A DNA stretch of 34,646 bases from Candidatus Planktophila sp. (GCA_964201405.1 CAXNDW010000001.1:1-34646); one strand, 5' to 3'. Numbered from the stretch's first letter, positions 1-9,077 are shown. The notes: a model not told the origin generated them from the sequence alone. Translations and numbers: made by a program.

Positions 1-494
1 ACCGGGTTATCCATCTTTTCAAGAAATGCAGTAACTCTTCCTTGTGCATCAGTTGGAACACATCCAAATGCCCGCGCATCTTCTACCTGCGTTAAGTGCA
101 AAGTAACATCGGCATCATGTGCTTCATGTTGTCGAATCTGTTCTGATAATTCATGTGAGCTCAACACATCACCATTTAAAACTACAACAGACTCTTGGCT
201 TTCCAGCAGTTGTGCTGCATTTCGAATGGCACCGCCTGTTCCAAGTGGCTCTTTTTCAACAGCATATTTAATGCTCATCCCCCACTGAGATCCATCTCCA
301 AAGTATGGGGTGAATACATCGGAAAGATATGAGGTTGCTAAGACAATCTCCTTGATTCCGGCTGCTTTAGCCATCATTAACTGATGTTCAGTTACTGGAA
401 TACCTGCAACTGTGAGCATTGGCTTTGGAGTATTGCGTGTTAATGGCATTAGACGGGTGCCGAAGCCGCCTACCAACAGAATTGCGACAGCCAT
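1..494 (-). CDS. NDP-sugar pyrophosphorylase / mannose-1-phosphate guanylyltransferase family (3' end outside window)
   Basis: Not in the ORF track. Manual translation from ATG at 494 gives MAVAILLVGGFGTRLMPLTRNTPKPMLTVAGIPV..., the GGxGTRLxPLT..PKP nucleotidyltransferase motif. EPLGTGGAI occurs downstream. Starts 2 nt after the dapC stop. Confidence 0.88.
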   Translation of the reverse strand, partial: MAVAILLVGGFGTRLMPLTRNTPKPMLTVAGIPVTEHQLMMAKAAGIKEIVLATSYLSDVFTPYFGDGSQWGMSIKYAVEKEPLGTGGAIRNAAQLLESQESVVVLNGDVLSSHELSEQIRQHEAHDADVTLHLTQVEDARAFGCVPTDAQGRVTAFLEKMDNP

Positions 495-496
495 GG

Positions 497-1561
497 TTAC
501 GCCTTCAAACGTTGAACTGCATCTGAAATATGGGCATCTGATGCTGTCATTGCAATGCGAATATGGTTGTGACCCAATTGGCCATAAAAACTTCCGGGGG
601 TTGCCAAGATCCCACGCTCTGCCAGCCATGCAACACTTGTCCAAGCATCCTCATTACGTGTGCACCACAGATATAAACCTGAATCGCTGAACTCGATGGT
701 GAACCCTGCGGCTTCCAGCGCTGGACGCATTGCATCTTTACGAGCGTTGTAGCGAGCGCGTTGTTCTGCAACATGTACATCATCTGCAAGTGCCGCGGTC
801 ATCGCTTTCTGAACCGGCAGCGGAACCATCATTCCGCCATGCTTTCGAATCTCACGGATTCGAGCAATTAACGAAGTGTCTCCCACCATGAAAGCTGCGC
901 GATAACCAGCCATAGAAGAGCGTTTCGATAAAGAGTGCACCGCTAAAATATTTGTGTTGTCTCCACCAGTCTGCGACAAGACAGAAACAGAGTGTGCGGT
1001 ATGGTCAAACTCTAAGTAGCACTCATCTGAAATCAAGACAGATTTATTGTTGCGTGACCAATCGATGCACGCTTTAACTTCATCAACGCTATGAACTCTG
1101 CCGGTTGGATTGGATGGCGAGTTCAACCAGGCTAAATCAGCTGCCGGCCAGCCTTTGGCATCGATTGCAACTGGAACAGAATCTGCACCAGCAAGCAGTG
1201 CACCTACGTGATAGGTGGGATATGCAATTTCTGGGATGAGCACAGTTGATGATCCAAGATATGTCGGAAGCCAAGCGACTAACTCTTTTGATCCAATTAA
1301 TGGCAAAACATCAAAGTCGCCGGTTGCTCCTAAACGTTCAATCGCCCATTTTTTTATTGCAGCTCGAAGCTCTGGAGTTCCAGCTGTGACTGGGTAACTT
1401 GGAGAGTTTGAAGCATCCCGAAAGGCCTGTTGAATAAATTCAGGTGTGGGATCTACAGGTGTTCCTTGAGATAGATCGATAATACCTTTGGGATGGGATC
1501 GAGCCTTCTCGCCATATGGCGCTAACGCATCCCATGGAAAATCTGGGAGCTGGGCACGCAA
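497..1561 (-). CDS. dapC: N-succinyldiaminopimelate aminotransferase (class I/II PLP enzyme)
   Basis: LPDFPWD N-terminus, NSPSNPTG, SDECY and SLSKRS (PLP lysine). Directly downstream of the ferredoxin, as is typical in Actinobacteria. Confidence 0.9.
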   Translation of the reverse strand: MRAQLPDFPWDALAPYGEKARSHPKGIIDLSQGTPVDPTPEFIQQAFRDASNSPSYPVTAGTPELRAAIKKWAIERLGATGDFDVLPLIGSKELVAWLPTYLGSSTVLIPEIAYPTYHVGALLAGADSVPVAIDAKGWPAADLAWLNSPSNPTGRVHSVDEVKACIDWSRNNKSVLISDECYLEFDHTAHSVSVLSQTGGDNTNILAVHSLSKRSSMAGYRAAFMVGDTSLIARIREIRKHGGMMVPLPVQKAMTAALADDVHVAEQRARYNARKDAMRPALEAAGFTIEFSDSGLYLWCTRNEDAWTSVAWLAERGILATPGSFYGQLGHNHIRIAMTASDAHISDAVQRLKA

Positions 1562-1564
1562 TGG

Positions 1565-1885
1565 TTACTCGCTCTTTGGTGGGCGTGCGGTGATTGAGGC
1601 GTGATCAGTTCCCGTTGGGCCAACCTTGCTAGCTCCACCTGGAGAACCGATTTCAATGAAGAACTCTGTATTGACCTTGCCAAACTCTTTCCACACGCCA
1701 GGAACATCATCCTCGTAGTAAATAGCTTCTACTGGGCAGACCGGCTCGCATGCACCACAATCCACGCACTCATCTGGCTGGATGTAGAGCATTCGATCGC
1801 CCTCATAAATGCAATCCACCGGACATTCTTCGATGCAGGATTTATCTTTTACATCGACGCATGGGTCTGCGATCACATAGGTCAC
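1565..1885 (-). CDS. fdxA: 7Fe ferredoxin ([3Fe-4S]/[4Fe-4S])
   Basis: [27 protein letters not shown] and [12 protein letters not shown] motifs. GTG start with GGAGG 6 nt upstream. Confidence 0.96.
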   Translation of the reverse strand: MTYVIADPCVDVKDKSCIEECPVDCIYEGDRMLYIQPDECVDCGACEPVCPVEAIYYEDDVPGVWKEFGKVNTEFFIEIGSPGGASKVGPTGTDHASITARPPKSE

Positions 1886-1924
1886 GAGCGGCCTCCAAAG
1901 TGTTGGACAGGTATCTAGTAAATA

Positions 1925-1930
1925 ATTCTA
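1925..1930 (-). promoter_or_regulatory. Candidate -10 element (TAGAAT) for the fdxA-dapC-nucleotidyltransferase operon
   Basis: TANNNT match about 40 nt upstream of the fdxA GTG, in an AT-rich intergenic region. Confidence 0.45.
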
Positions 1931-1951
1931 ATGGCAAGTTACGCCGCTGCG

Positions 1952-1977
1952 CGATATTTACAGGTAGTCGATATTTA
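1952..1977. repeat. Direct repeat CGATATTTA x2 (1952-1960, 1969-1977) between divergent genes
   Basis: Two exact 9-bp copies with a 17-bp period, read directly from the sequence. Confidence 0.55.
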
Positions 1978-1987
1978 AGGGTGGGTT

Positions 1988-1993
1988 TATCGT
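1988..1993 (+). promoter_or_regulatory. Candidate -10 (TATCGT), leaderless transcript for ORF 2000..2200 and cysS
   Basis: TANNNT exactly 6 nt before ATG 2000; no SD. Confidence 0.55.
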
Positions 1994-1999
1994 TGTCTC

Positions 2000-2200
2000 A
2001 TGCCCACAGAGCTCGAGTCTCAATTTACAGAACTCATCGGCTCACGTGTCACGATCAGGCTTCATGACCCCGAAGGGGGCTTTCGTGACATCCTGGGCCA
2101 TCTATTAACCCCTTACTCCTTGCGCAATAAGCGTGGAGAGATAATCGAGTTCTCTCATAGTGAGATTTTTGTCTGGAAGCAGGTGATTGAGAAGCTATGA
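2000..2200 (+). CDS. Small hypothetical protein, beta-rich, resembling the N-terminal domain of actinobacterial GNAT acetyltransferases
   Basis: 66 aa with GSRVTIRL..GGFRDILGHL..GEIIEF pattern. ATGA overlap with cysS and a leaderless-type promoter. Confidence 0.7.
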   Translation: MPTELESQFTELIGSRVTIRLHDPEGGFRDILGHLLTPYSLRNKRGEIIEFSHSEIFVWKQVIEKL

Positions 2201-3543
2201 AGTTATATGACACTCAATCGCGTGCTCTGAAAGAGATCGATGTAACTCAAGAGCAGACTCGTATGTACTGCTGTGGACCAACTGTGTACCGCGATGCGCA
2301 TGTTGGAAATCTGCGAACTTTCTTGCTCTCAGATTTGATTGCTCGCGTGATTAGATTAAATGGCTCGAAGCCACATCTGATTCAAAACATCACAGATGTC
2401 GGGCATATGTCAGAAGATTTTGTCAATGATGACAAGATGTTGAGTCAGGCAAAGTTAGAAAAGATTGATCCCTTTGAAGTTGCACGAAAGTATGAAGCAG
2501 GATTTCATCGTGATTTGGCTGCATTAAATATTCAACCCGCCGCTGCATACCCACGTGCCAGCGAAAGTATCGAAATGATGCTTGACCTGATTAAGAAATT
2601 GATAGATGCAGATTTTGCTTATATTGGCTCTGATTCTTCGGTGTACTTCAGCGCTCAGAAGTTTTCTAGCTACGGTGCTATCAGCGGTAACAAACTTGAT
2701 TCTCTTAAGCCAGGCCACCGTTATGAATACACCGAAGATGGTGCGAAAAGATTTCACGCAGATTGGGCTTTGTGGAAAGCGGCCGGCGATCGCACTGAGA
2801 TGGTCTGGGATTCACCATGGGGTAAAGGGTTTCCGGGATGGCACATTGAATGTTCAGCCATGTCTTTAAAGCTTCTCGATGGCCATGTTGATATTCATGT
2901 TGGTGGTATTGACCTTCGTTTTCCTCATCACGAAAATGAAAGAGCTCAATCAAACGCCTTGATAAATAAGGAAGCGGTGGATCTTTGGGTCCATGGCGAG
3001 CACCTGCTTTTTGAGGGTAAGAAGATGTCAAAGAGCTCTGGAAATGTAGTTCTGCTCAGCGATGTCATCGAGCGTGGTATCGACCCTTTAGCGATTCGCT
3101 TATGTTTTCTTGAAAATAAGTACCGATCCCAAATGGATCTGACATGGAAATCTATTGAAGCTGCAGATGAAACCTTAAAGCGCTGGCGGATGAAGATGGT
3201 GCAATGGGGATCTGATGATTCCATTTCCTTAGATTCTGAAATCGAATTAGCTTTCAATACAGATCTAGATACCTCACGTGCCATCATGCGATTGCGAGAA
3301 GTTGAAAAAGCTGAATCTGAAAACAGAGCATCTATTTTTCGTTACGCCGATCAAGTTCTAGGCCTTGATTTAGATCGACCTATTGAAAAGAGGGTTTTAA
3401 CTTCGCAGATGCAGGAGTTACTAGAAAAACGATCTACAGCCCGAAGCCAGAAACGGTGGTCAGATAGTGATCAACTTCGAGTTGAACTAGAAAAGCTAGG
3501 GCTAGAGATTAAAGACACTCCAGATGGACAGGTGTGGAGTTAA
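2197..3543 (+). CDS. cysS: Cysteine--tRNA ligase
   Basis: CGPTVY, HVGN (HIGH), PGWHIECSAM, DIHVGGIDLRFPHHENE, KMSKS. C-terminal anticodon-binding-like segment RSTARSQKRWSDSDQLRVEL..DTPDG. Confidence 0.93.
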   Translation: MKLYDTQSRALKEIDVTQEQTRMYCCGPTVYRDAHVGNLRTFLLSDLIARVIRLNGSKPHLIQNITDVGHMSEDFVNDDKMLSQAKLEKIDPFEVARKYEAGFHRDLAALNIQPAAAYPRASESIEMMLDLIKKLIDADFAYIGSDSSVYFSAQKFSSYGAISGNKLDSLKPGHRYEYTEDGAKRFHADWALWKAAGDRTEMVWDSPWGKGFPGWHIECSAMSLKLLDGHVDIHVGGIDLRFPHHENERAQSNALINKEAVDLWVHGEHLLFEGKKMSKSSGNVVLLSDVIERGIDPLAIRLCFLENKYRSQMDLTWKSIEAADETLKRWRMKMVQWGSDDSISLDSEIELAFNTDLDTSRAIMRLREVEKAESENRASIFRYADQVLGLDLDRPIEKRVLTSQMQELLEKRSTARSQKRWSDSDQLRVELEKLGLEIKDTPDGQVWS

Positions 3544-3854
3544 AGCGGCGTCACAATCCCAATAACAATTGCAATAAAGCCAAAGTTAATAAGTGAGACT
3601 CCTACTGTGTCACCTTGAACCAAATACTCATCATTTACCCCTGGAAAACCCGCTCTCAAAACAATTACAGCCCAAGCAATTGAAGCTATGAATTTGTAAG
3701 AGCGCTTTCCCCACAATCTGCCTGTCGCCCAAATACCCATAGTGGTTGCAAGAAGAGAAACAATTAAGCCGACTGGTGGATATAGGTTATGGATAAAGAT
3801 TGCACTTGCCCCAAGAGCTGCGCCAAAAAAGAGAGAGTAAACAGGCTTTATCAC
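3540..3854 (-). CDS. Small membrane protein (DUF6113-like) downstream of mshB
   Basis: 104 aa with about 4 hydrophobic segments. 4-nt overlap with the mshB stop, a typical mshB neighbour. Confidence 0.75.
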   Translation of the reverse strand: MIKPVYSLFFGAALGASAIFIHNLYPPVGLIVSLLATTMGIWATGRLWGKRSYKFIASIAWAVIVLRAGFPGVNDEYLVQGDTVGVSLINFGFIAIVIGIVTPL

Positions 3855-4717
3855 AGGGTTATTCCAGAAGTTAAATCTGTTTCGCGGCCCTGTGCATCAA
3901 ATGGACCGGTCTTATCTCCCTTTACTAATGTGTAGTACTCATCTCCCCAAATCTGTAAACCCAAATTATTAGAAAGAGCAAAGAAGGGTCCATCCAAAGA
4001 AATCTGTGTCTCATGTGCTTTCATCGCAGCCATCTTTGCATCTACATATTGGCCGCCATCAATCAATGTTGTTACAAACTCATCATCTTTAGCAAAAGGT
4101 AGATCATCTACTGTTTCAGCTCCAAAGAAATCTGAGCCAACTTCCTTCATCTTTGCAATTCCATCTGCCAATACTGATTTCGGCATGGTGTTCCAGTAAA
4201 TCTTTTGTATCTGCCACTGTGATAACTCAGATGCTCTCATCGCTACTCGATGTGCCTGAATGTGATCAGGGTGGCCATATCCGCCGATTTCATCATAGGT
4301 AATTAAAATGTGAGGTTTTATCTCCTCAATAATCTCAACCAAGATTTGCGCGGCGGCATCAACATCTGCTTGCCAAAAAACTTCAGGATGATTATTGGGT
4401 TCTGTTCCCATCATTCCGCTATCTCGAAACTTTTTTGTAGGAGCCCCTAAGAAGCGATGATCAGTAATGCCCAGCGCCTTCATCGCATCAGCAAGTTCAA
4501 TCTCACGATGCGCTCCCAGTTGATCCTGCTCCTGACTTGAAAGGTGAGAAAGAGCTGGAACCAAGATTTCGCCTTCTTCACCACGAGTACAGGTTACAAG
4601 CGTGACATGAGCCCCTCGATCTGCATATAAAGCCATGGTTGCCCCGTTATTGATGGTTTCATCATCAGGATGTGCATGCACCAGCAGGATACGGAAGCCT
4701 TCATAGGAGCGGTTCAT
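3851..4717 (-). CDS. mshB: GlcNAc-Ins deacetylase (mycothiol biosynthesis, PIG-L family)
   Basis: VHAHPDDE, TCTRGEEGE, RDSGMMG, GGYGHPDHIQAH, AHETQI and FALSNN motifs. Confidence 0.92.
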   Translation of the reverse strand: MNRSYEGFRILLVHAHPDDETINNGATMALYADRGAHVTLVTCTRGEEGEILVPALSHLSSQEQDQLGAHREIELADAMKALGITDHRFLGAPTKKFRDSGMMGTEPNNHPEVFWQADVDAAAQILVEIIEEIKPHILITYDEIGGYGHPDHIQAHRVAMRASELSQWQIQKIYWNTMPKSVLADGIAKMKEVGSDFFGAETVDDLPFAKDDEFVTTLIDGGQYVDAKMAAMKAHETQISLDGPFFALSNNLGLQIWGDEYYTLVKGDKTGPFDAQGRETDLTSGITL

Positions 4718-4747
4718 GATTGGTAATTCTGCCGTACGATTAGACCA
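4718..4747. promoter_or_regulatory. 30-bp divergent promoter region mshB/TetR
   Basis: Plus strand TACGAT (4735-4740) is 7 nt before ATG 4748. Minus strand CAGAAT (4726-4731) is 8 nt before ATG 4717. Confidence 0.55.
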
Positions 4748-5359
4748 ATGAGTAACGTAGACACAACCAACAAGGCTCGCCTGCCTCGAGACGAGCGACG
4801 AGCATTGTTGCTATCTGCCGCACTTGAAGTATTTACAGCCGCTGGATATCACTCAGCAGCGATGGATGAGATCGCAGATCGTGCAAATGTTTCAAAGCCT
4901 GTTTTATACCAGCACTTTCCATCAAAGTTAGAGCTGTACTTGGCTGTCTTGGATCTGCACATCGATTCATTGGTTTTTGAAATCCAAAAAGCAATTGCAT
5001 CCACCCCCGATAACAAGGATCGTGTACTTGCAACGGTTGATGCCTATTTTGCTTTCATCGAGAGAGAAGGCGAAGCCTTCCGATTGCTCTTCGAAAGCGA
5101 TATGAGCGTCGAACCTCAGGTCCGTGAGCGTCTAAATCGAATGACTTATGACTGTGCAGCTGCCGCCAGTGCGGTAATTGCAATTGATACAGGCCTACCA
5201 AAAGAGGCTTCAATGCTTTTGGGTGTTGGAATGATTGGTTATGCGCAAGTAACTGCTCGTCACTGGCTCGAACGAGATAGCAAGTTGAGTCGACAGGAAG
5301 CTGTGGCGTTAGTTCACAATCTCATGTGGCGAGGCATTTCAGGTTTTCCGCGCAATTAA
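4748..5359 (+). CDS. TetR/AcrR family transcriptional regulator
   Basis: N-terminal HTH AMDEIADRANVSKPVLYQHFPSKLEL. C-terminus WRGISGFP is typical of the conserved actinobacterial TetR found next to DEAD helicases. Confidence 0.93.
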   Translation: MSNVDTTNKARLPRDERRALLLSAALEVFTAAGYHSAAMDEIADRANVSKPVLYQHFPSKLELYLAVLDLHIDSLVFEIQKAIASTPDNKDRVLATVDAYFAFIEREGEAFRLLFESDMSVEPQVRERLNRMTYDCAAAASAVIAIDTGLPKEASMLLGVGMIGYAQVTARHWLERDSKLSRQEAVALVHNLMWRGISGFPRN

Positions 5360-5381
5360 TATCGTTAGGATTAAATAAATT

Positions 5382-6719
5382 ATGTCAGCAACATTTGCAG
5401 AGTTACCCCTGCGCAGTCAAACTATCGAAGCACTTCATGCACATGGCTTTCTTGCACCCTTCGCCATCCAAGAGATGGTTTTGCCAATTGCACTTGCCGA
5501 TGGAGATGTTATTGGACAAGCAAAGACTGGAACCGGCAAAACCCTAGCTTTTGGTATCCCTGTAATAGAAAGAGTCATTGCTCCCAATGATGTTGAGTGG
5601 GCAGATTTTGCCAACAAAGGATTACCTCAAGTCTTAATCGTTGTTCCAACACGAGAGCTCTGTACTCAGGTAACTCGAGATATTGAAGAGCTTGCTTCTA
5701 ACCGTGGAATTCGCACCCTTGCTGTTTATGGTGGTCGCGCATTTGAACCTCAAATTGAAGCTTTACATGCAGGTGTAGAAATAGTTGTTGGAACTCCTGG
5801 CCGCTTGCTCGATCTATCCCGTCAAGGCCAACTCAAACTGAAAGAAGTATCCCGATTAGTTTTAGATGAAGCAGATGAGATGTTGGATCTTGGTTTCTTG
5901 CCAGATGTAGAAAAGATCCTGTCTAGCACTCCTAATCGAGCTCAAACCATGTTGTTTTCAGCAACCATGCCTGGAGACATCATCGCTCTTGCCCGTCGCT
6001 TTATGAATCAGCCAATTCATATTCGTACACAAGATAGTGAAGATGAAGGCGCGGTTGTTACACGAATTAAGCAGCATGTTCTACGTGCACATGCTCTGGA
6101 CAAGATTGAAATGTTGGCTCGCATCCTGCAGGCCGAAGGTCGTGGCCCAACAATGGTTTTCTGTCGTACAAAGCGAACAGCACAAAAGACCGCTGAAGAT
6201 TTGATGGAACGTGGTTTCAAGGCAGCACCAATTCACGGAGATCTTGGACAGAGTGCACGTGAAAAAGCACTAGGTGATTTCAAGGCAGGAAAATCTGATG
6301 TACTCGTTGCAACAGATGTGGCTGCTCGAGGAATTGATATTGATGGAATTACTCACGTTATTAACTATCAGTGCCCAGAGGATGAAAAAACTTATGTGCA
6401 CCGAATTGGTCGCACCGCTCGTGCAGGCGCACATGGAATTGCGGTCACCTTTGTTGATTGGGATGAACTTGCACGTTGGAAGATGATTGATCAAACCCTA
6501 GAACTTGGATTAGCAGAACCTGAAGAGACGTACTCTTCATCAGAGCATCTCTACGAGATGCTTGATATTCCTGCAGGCTCAACCGGACGAATGGTTAAAG
6601 CAAAGCCGGTAGCTAAGGTTGAAAAGAAAGAGTCGCGACCTGTAGCTGCCAAGCAAGAGGAAAGTAAGCCACGCACAGAGCGCACCCGGACCAGAACTAA
6701 GAAGTTTAAAGAGAGCTAA
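5382..6719 (+). CDS. DEAD/DEAH-box RNA helicase
   Basis: Q motif, AKTGTGKT, PTREL, TPGRL, DEAD, SAT, ARGID, HRIGRTAR, and a basic C-terminal tail. Confidence 0.96.
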   Translation: MSATFAELPLRSQTIEALHAHGFLAPFAIQEMVLPIALADGDVIGQAKTGTGKTLAFGIPVIERVIAPNDVEWADFANKGLPQVLIVVPTRELCTQVTRDIEELASNRGIRTLAVYGGRAFEPQIEALHAGVEIVVGTPGRLLDLSRQGQLKLKEVSRLVLDEADEMLDLGFLPDVEKILSSTPNRAQTMLFSATMPGDIIALARRFMNQPIHIRTQDSEDEGAVVTRIKQHVLRAHALDKIEMLARILQAEGRGPTMVFCRTKRTAQKTAEDLMERGFKAAPIHGDLGQSAREKALGDFKAGKSDVLVATDVAARGIDIDGITHVINYQCPEDEKTYVHRIGRTARAGAHGIAVTFVDWDELARWKMIDQTLELGLAEPEETYSSSEHLYEMLDIPAGSTGRMVKAKPVAKVEKKESRPVAAKQEESKPRTERTRTRTKKFKES

Positions 6720-7327
6720 GCGGTAACAAAGACGCGTATTGCGTCAACAAGCATTTGTACCGCAATTGCCGCTAGAAGTAAGCCAGCTATTCGGGCAACC
6801 AAGGTTACGCCTGTCTCTTTTATTACCTTAAGGATGGTCGTAGATGCCATCAGTACTAATGCGATCGCAACATGAACCGCAATAACAGCAGCGATTAATG
6901 CCAATCCCATCTCACGGGAATCAACCTGCTGAACGAAGATCATCGTTGCAACAATTGCACCAGGCCCAGCGAGCAGTGGAGTACCTAGAGGTACCAAGGC
7001 GACATTTGCATTGCTGTCATCATTCATAGATTTTGCATTACCTGTTAGCAGTTCAAGGGCTACAAGCAGAAGCAGCAAAGCTCCGGCAGCCTGCAGAGCC
7101 TCTAATGAGATGTTGAGATACTCAAGAATTGCTCTTCCAAATAGCGCAAAAATAGAAATTACTAAGAATGAAACCGCCGCTGCTTGCATAGCCAAAATTC
7201 GGCGAACTCTTTGTGTCTTATCGGCAACTAAACCTAAAAAGATTGGTGCAGCACCGGGAGGATCCATGATTACAAATAAGGTCACAAATGACTGAATTGC
7301 AAAGGTAACCGCACCTACATCCTTCAC
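6716..7327 (-). CDS. MarC family integral membrane protein
   Basis: FVIMDPPG and VPLGTPLLAGPGAI motifs. Start moved to GTG 7327, which forms a GTGA overlap with the upstream stop. Confidence 0.9.
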   Translation of the reverse strand: MKDVGAVTFAIQSFVTLFVIMDPPGAAPIFLGLVADKTQRVRRILAMQAAAVSFLVISIFALFGRAILEYLNISLEALQAAGALLLLLVALELLTGNAKSMNDDSNANVALVPLGTPLLAGPGAIVATMIFVQQVDSREMGLALIAAVIAVHVAIALVLMASTTILKVIKETGVTLVARIAGLLLAAIAVQMLVDAIRVFVTA

Positions 7328-8169
7328 GCTGATACCACCCTTCGAGCATTTGCTAGCGCCTCTAACTTCTCCCATTGTTCCCTATTGGTATGGTTTTCTG
7401 CTAATGAGTTTAATTTCCCCGTGCCGTGATAATCACTGCTTCCAGTAACAACTAAATCCAATTCTTGTGCAATTGTTCGCAACATCCCTCTTTCATCAGG
7501 GTTTTGGTCTCGATGATCTACTTCTATTCCATTTAAACCAGCGGCAACCAAATCTGCAAAGTTTTCTGCTTTCAAAACCTGGCCCCGTAAAGATGCAAAA
7601 GGGTGAGCAATTACCGCGACGCCTCCGGCACGCTTAATCAGCGAGATTGCCTCGACAGGGGTTGGCGCTGCATGTGAGACATAAAAACGGGATTCATTGT
7701 GCAAGAGGTCAACAAAGGCCTCATCACGGGATTTCACTATTTTCTTTGCAACTAATGCATCAGCTAAATGTGGCCTTCCCATGGTCGCACCGATCGGCAT
7801 TACATTTTTTACATCCTCAATTGATATATCCATGCCTTCTGCCCGCATTTTTTCAATCATCTTGCGCATACGAGGCAACCGTCCATCACGCGTTTCTTCT
7901 AATACTTGCTGCATCTCTACATGGTTAGGATCAAATAACAAACCCAACATGTGCACACTAATTCCATCTGTTGTTAGACATGAAATTTCAGAGCCCAGTA
8001 CTAATTTAAGAGAGCCGCGCAAGGAGTCGGTAGCTTCTAGCCAACCAGAGGTTGTGTCGTGATCTGTAATACCGAGAATTTCCAAGCCCTGAACAATGGC
8101 TTTGTTGACGAGCTCTCTTGGAGAATCTGTTCCATCGCTGCAATTGGTATGGGTATGTAAATCAATCAC
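7324..8169 (-). CDS. PHP-domain metal-dependent phosphoesterase (TrpH/YciV-like)
   Basis: DLHTHTNCSDG, ITDHD, GRPHLA, AHP and GSSDYHG motifs. Confidence 0.93.
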   Translation of the reverse strand: MIDLHTHTNCSDGTDSPRELVNKAIVQGLEILGITDHDTTSGWLEATDSLRGSLKLVLGSEISCLTTDGISVHMLGLLFDPNHVEMQQVLEETRDGRLPRMRKMIEKMRAEGMDISIEDVKNVMPIGATMGRPHLADALVAKKIVKSRDEAFVDLLHNESRFYVSHAAPTPVEAISLIKRAGGVAVIAHPFASLRGQVLKAENFADLVAAGLNGIEVDHRDQNPDERGMLRTIAQELDLVVTGSSDYHGTGKLNSLAENHTNREQWEKLEALANARRVVSA

Positions 8170-9055
8170 TCTTCGGCTCCCTGGTTCTGGTCACAACAAG
8201 AATGCATCCTGCAAGAATAAGCACGATACCGGGAATGATTCCAAGAGGCGGTCTTTGATCTAGCCACCATGCCGCAAGAACTGCGCTGACTGGAACCTCG
8301 AAAAATACAATCAAAGAAACTATTGCCGGAGAAACTCGCTTCAGTGCCGAGTTAAACATCGTATGGCCCAAGAGCTGAGCACCAAGGATTAGCCCCAGAA
8401 GAATGAGCCATTCATTTCTTTCAAAAGCAAAGATTTCATTTCCTGCAATCAGCGCCATTGGTAATGCGGTCATAGAGCAAACAAAGTAGCAGACCGTTGT
8501 ATAGGTGCTTGTCTCTAATGTTCGCTGTGCTCGAGAACCTGCCATCATGTACGCCGCAGCTAAGGCCGCAGAGATAATTGCAGCGATATCACCAACAAAT
8601 GATCTCAGCGAAATTGTTAGGTCAACGCCAGAGACTAGAGCAACTCCTACAAAGCTAACGATCATTCCTAGCCATGCAGTTGCAGGGATATGTCCCCCAC
8701 TAAACTTTACAAATAAAGCAGCAAAAATAGGCTGTAGCGCAACAAGAGCGGTTCCTGCGGCAACAGTTGTCATTCTCATCGCCAAGAAGAAGCCAATAAA
8801 GTGAAGTGCAAGTAAAACTCCTGCAATAACCGCCCATTTAACTCCTGCGCGATCGCGTGAATGGCGAAGAGCAAATGGAAGGGTCACGAGGGCTCCACCC
8901 AAATTACGCCAAAAAATCAAAGTAAGGACAGGCATAGAGCTCATTGCAATCAATGGGCCAGATGTTCCAATACCGATGATTCCAACACCTAGGCGAATCA
9001 GATCTGGCTTTGCAGGGATCGCCGTATGTTCATTAATGCGTTCGCCTGAGTTCAT
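8162..9055 (-). CDS. EamA/DMT family transporter
   Basis: About 10 hydrophobic helices in two repeats, with LALHF, QPIF, QLLGH and EVPVSA motifs. Confidence 0.88.
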   Translation of the reverse strand: MNSGERINEHTAIPAKPDLIRLGVGIIGIGTSGPLIAMSSMPVLTLIFWRNLGGALVTLPFALRHSRDRAGVKWAVIAGVLLALHFIGFFLAMRMTTVAAGTALVALQPIFAALFVKFSGGHIPATAWLGMIVSFVGVALVSGVDLTISLRSFVGDIAAIISAALAAAYMMAGSRAQRTLETSTYTTVCYFVCSMTALPMALIAGNEIFAFERNEWLILLGLILGAQLLGHTMFNSALKRVSPAIVSLIVFFEVPVSAVLAAWWLDQRPPLGIIPGIVLILAGCILVVTRTREPKSD

Positions 9056-9077
9056 AAGAGAAAGGTACCCTTATCTC
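9056..9077. promoter_or_regulatory. 22-bp bidirectional leaderless promoter (EamA / MgtE-like)
   Basis: Plus strand TACCCT 9066-9071 and minus strand TACCTT 9062-9067 share the central TA. Each lies exactly 6 nt from its ATG. Confidence 0.65.

Noticed and set aside
412-690. 92-aa plus-strand ORF
   Set aside because: It is antisense to dapC and the nucleotidyltransferase start, with no family features.
2197-3543. Calling the CysRS-like gene mshC because it is near mshB
   Set aside because: It has HVGN and a C-terminal anticodon-binding-like domain, which MshC lacks.
8976-9077. N-terminal extension of the MgtE-like ORF (ORF-track start 8976)
   Set aside because: It overlaps the divergent EamA gene head-to-head. 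ATG 9078 has a well-placed -10.
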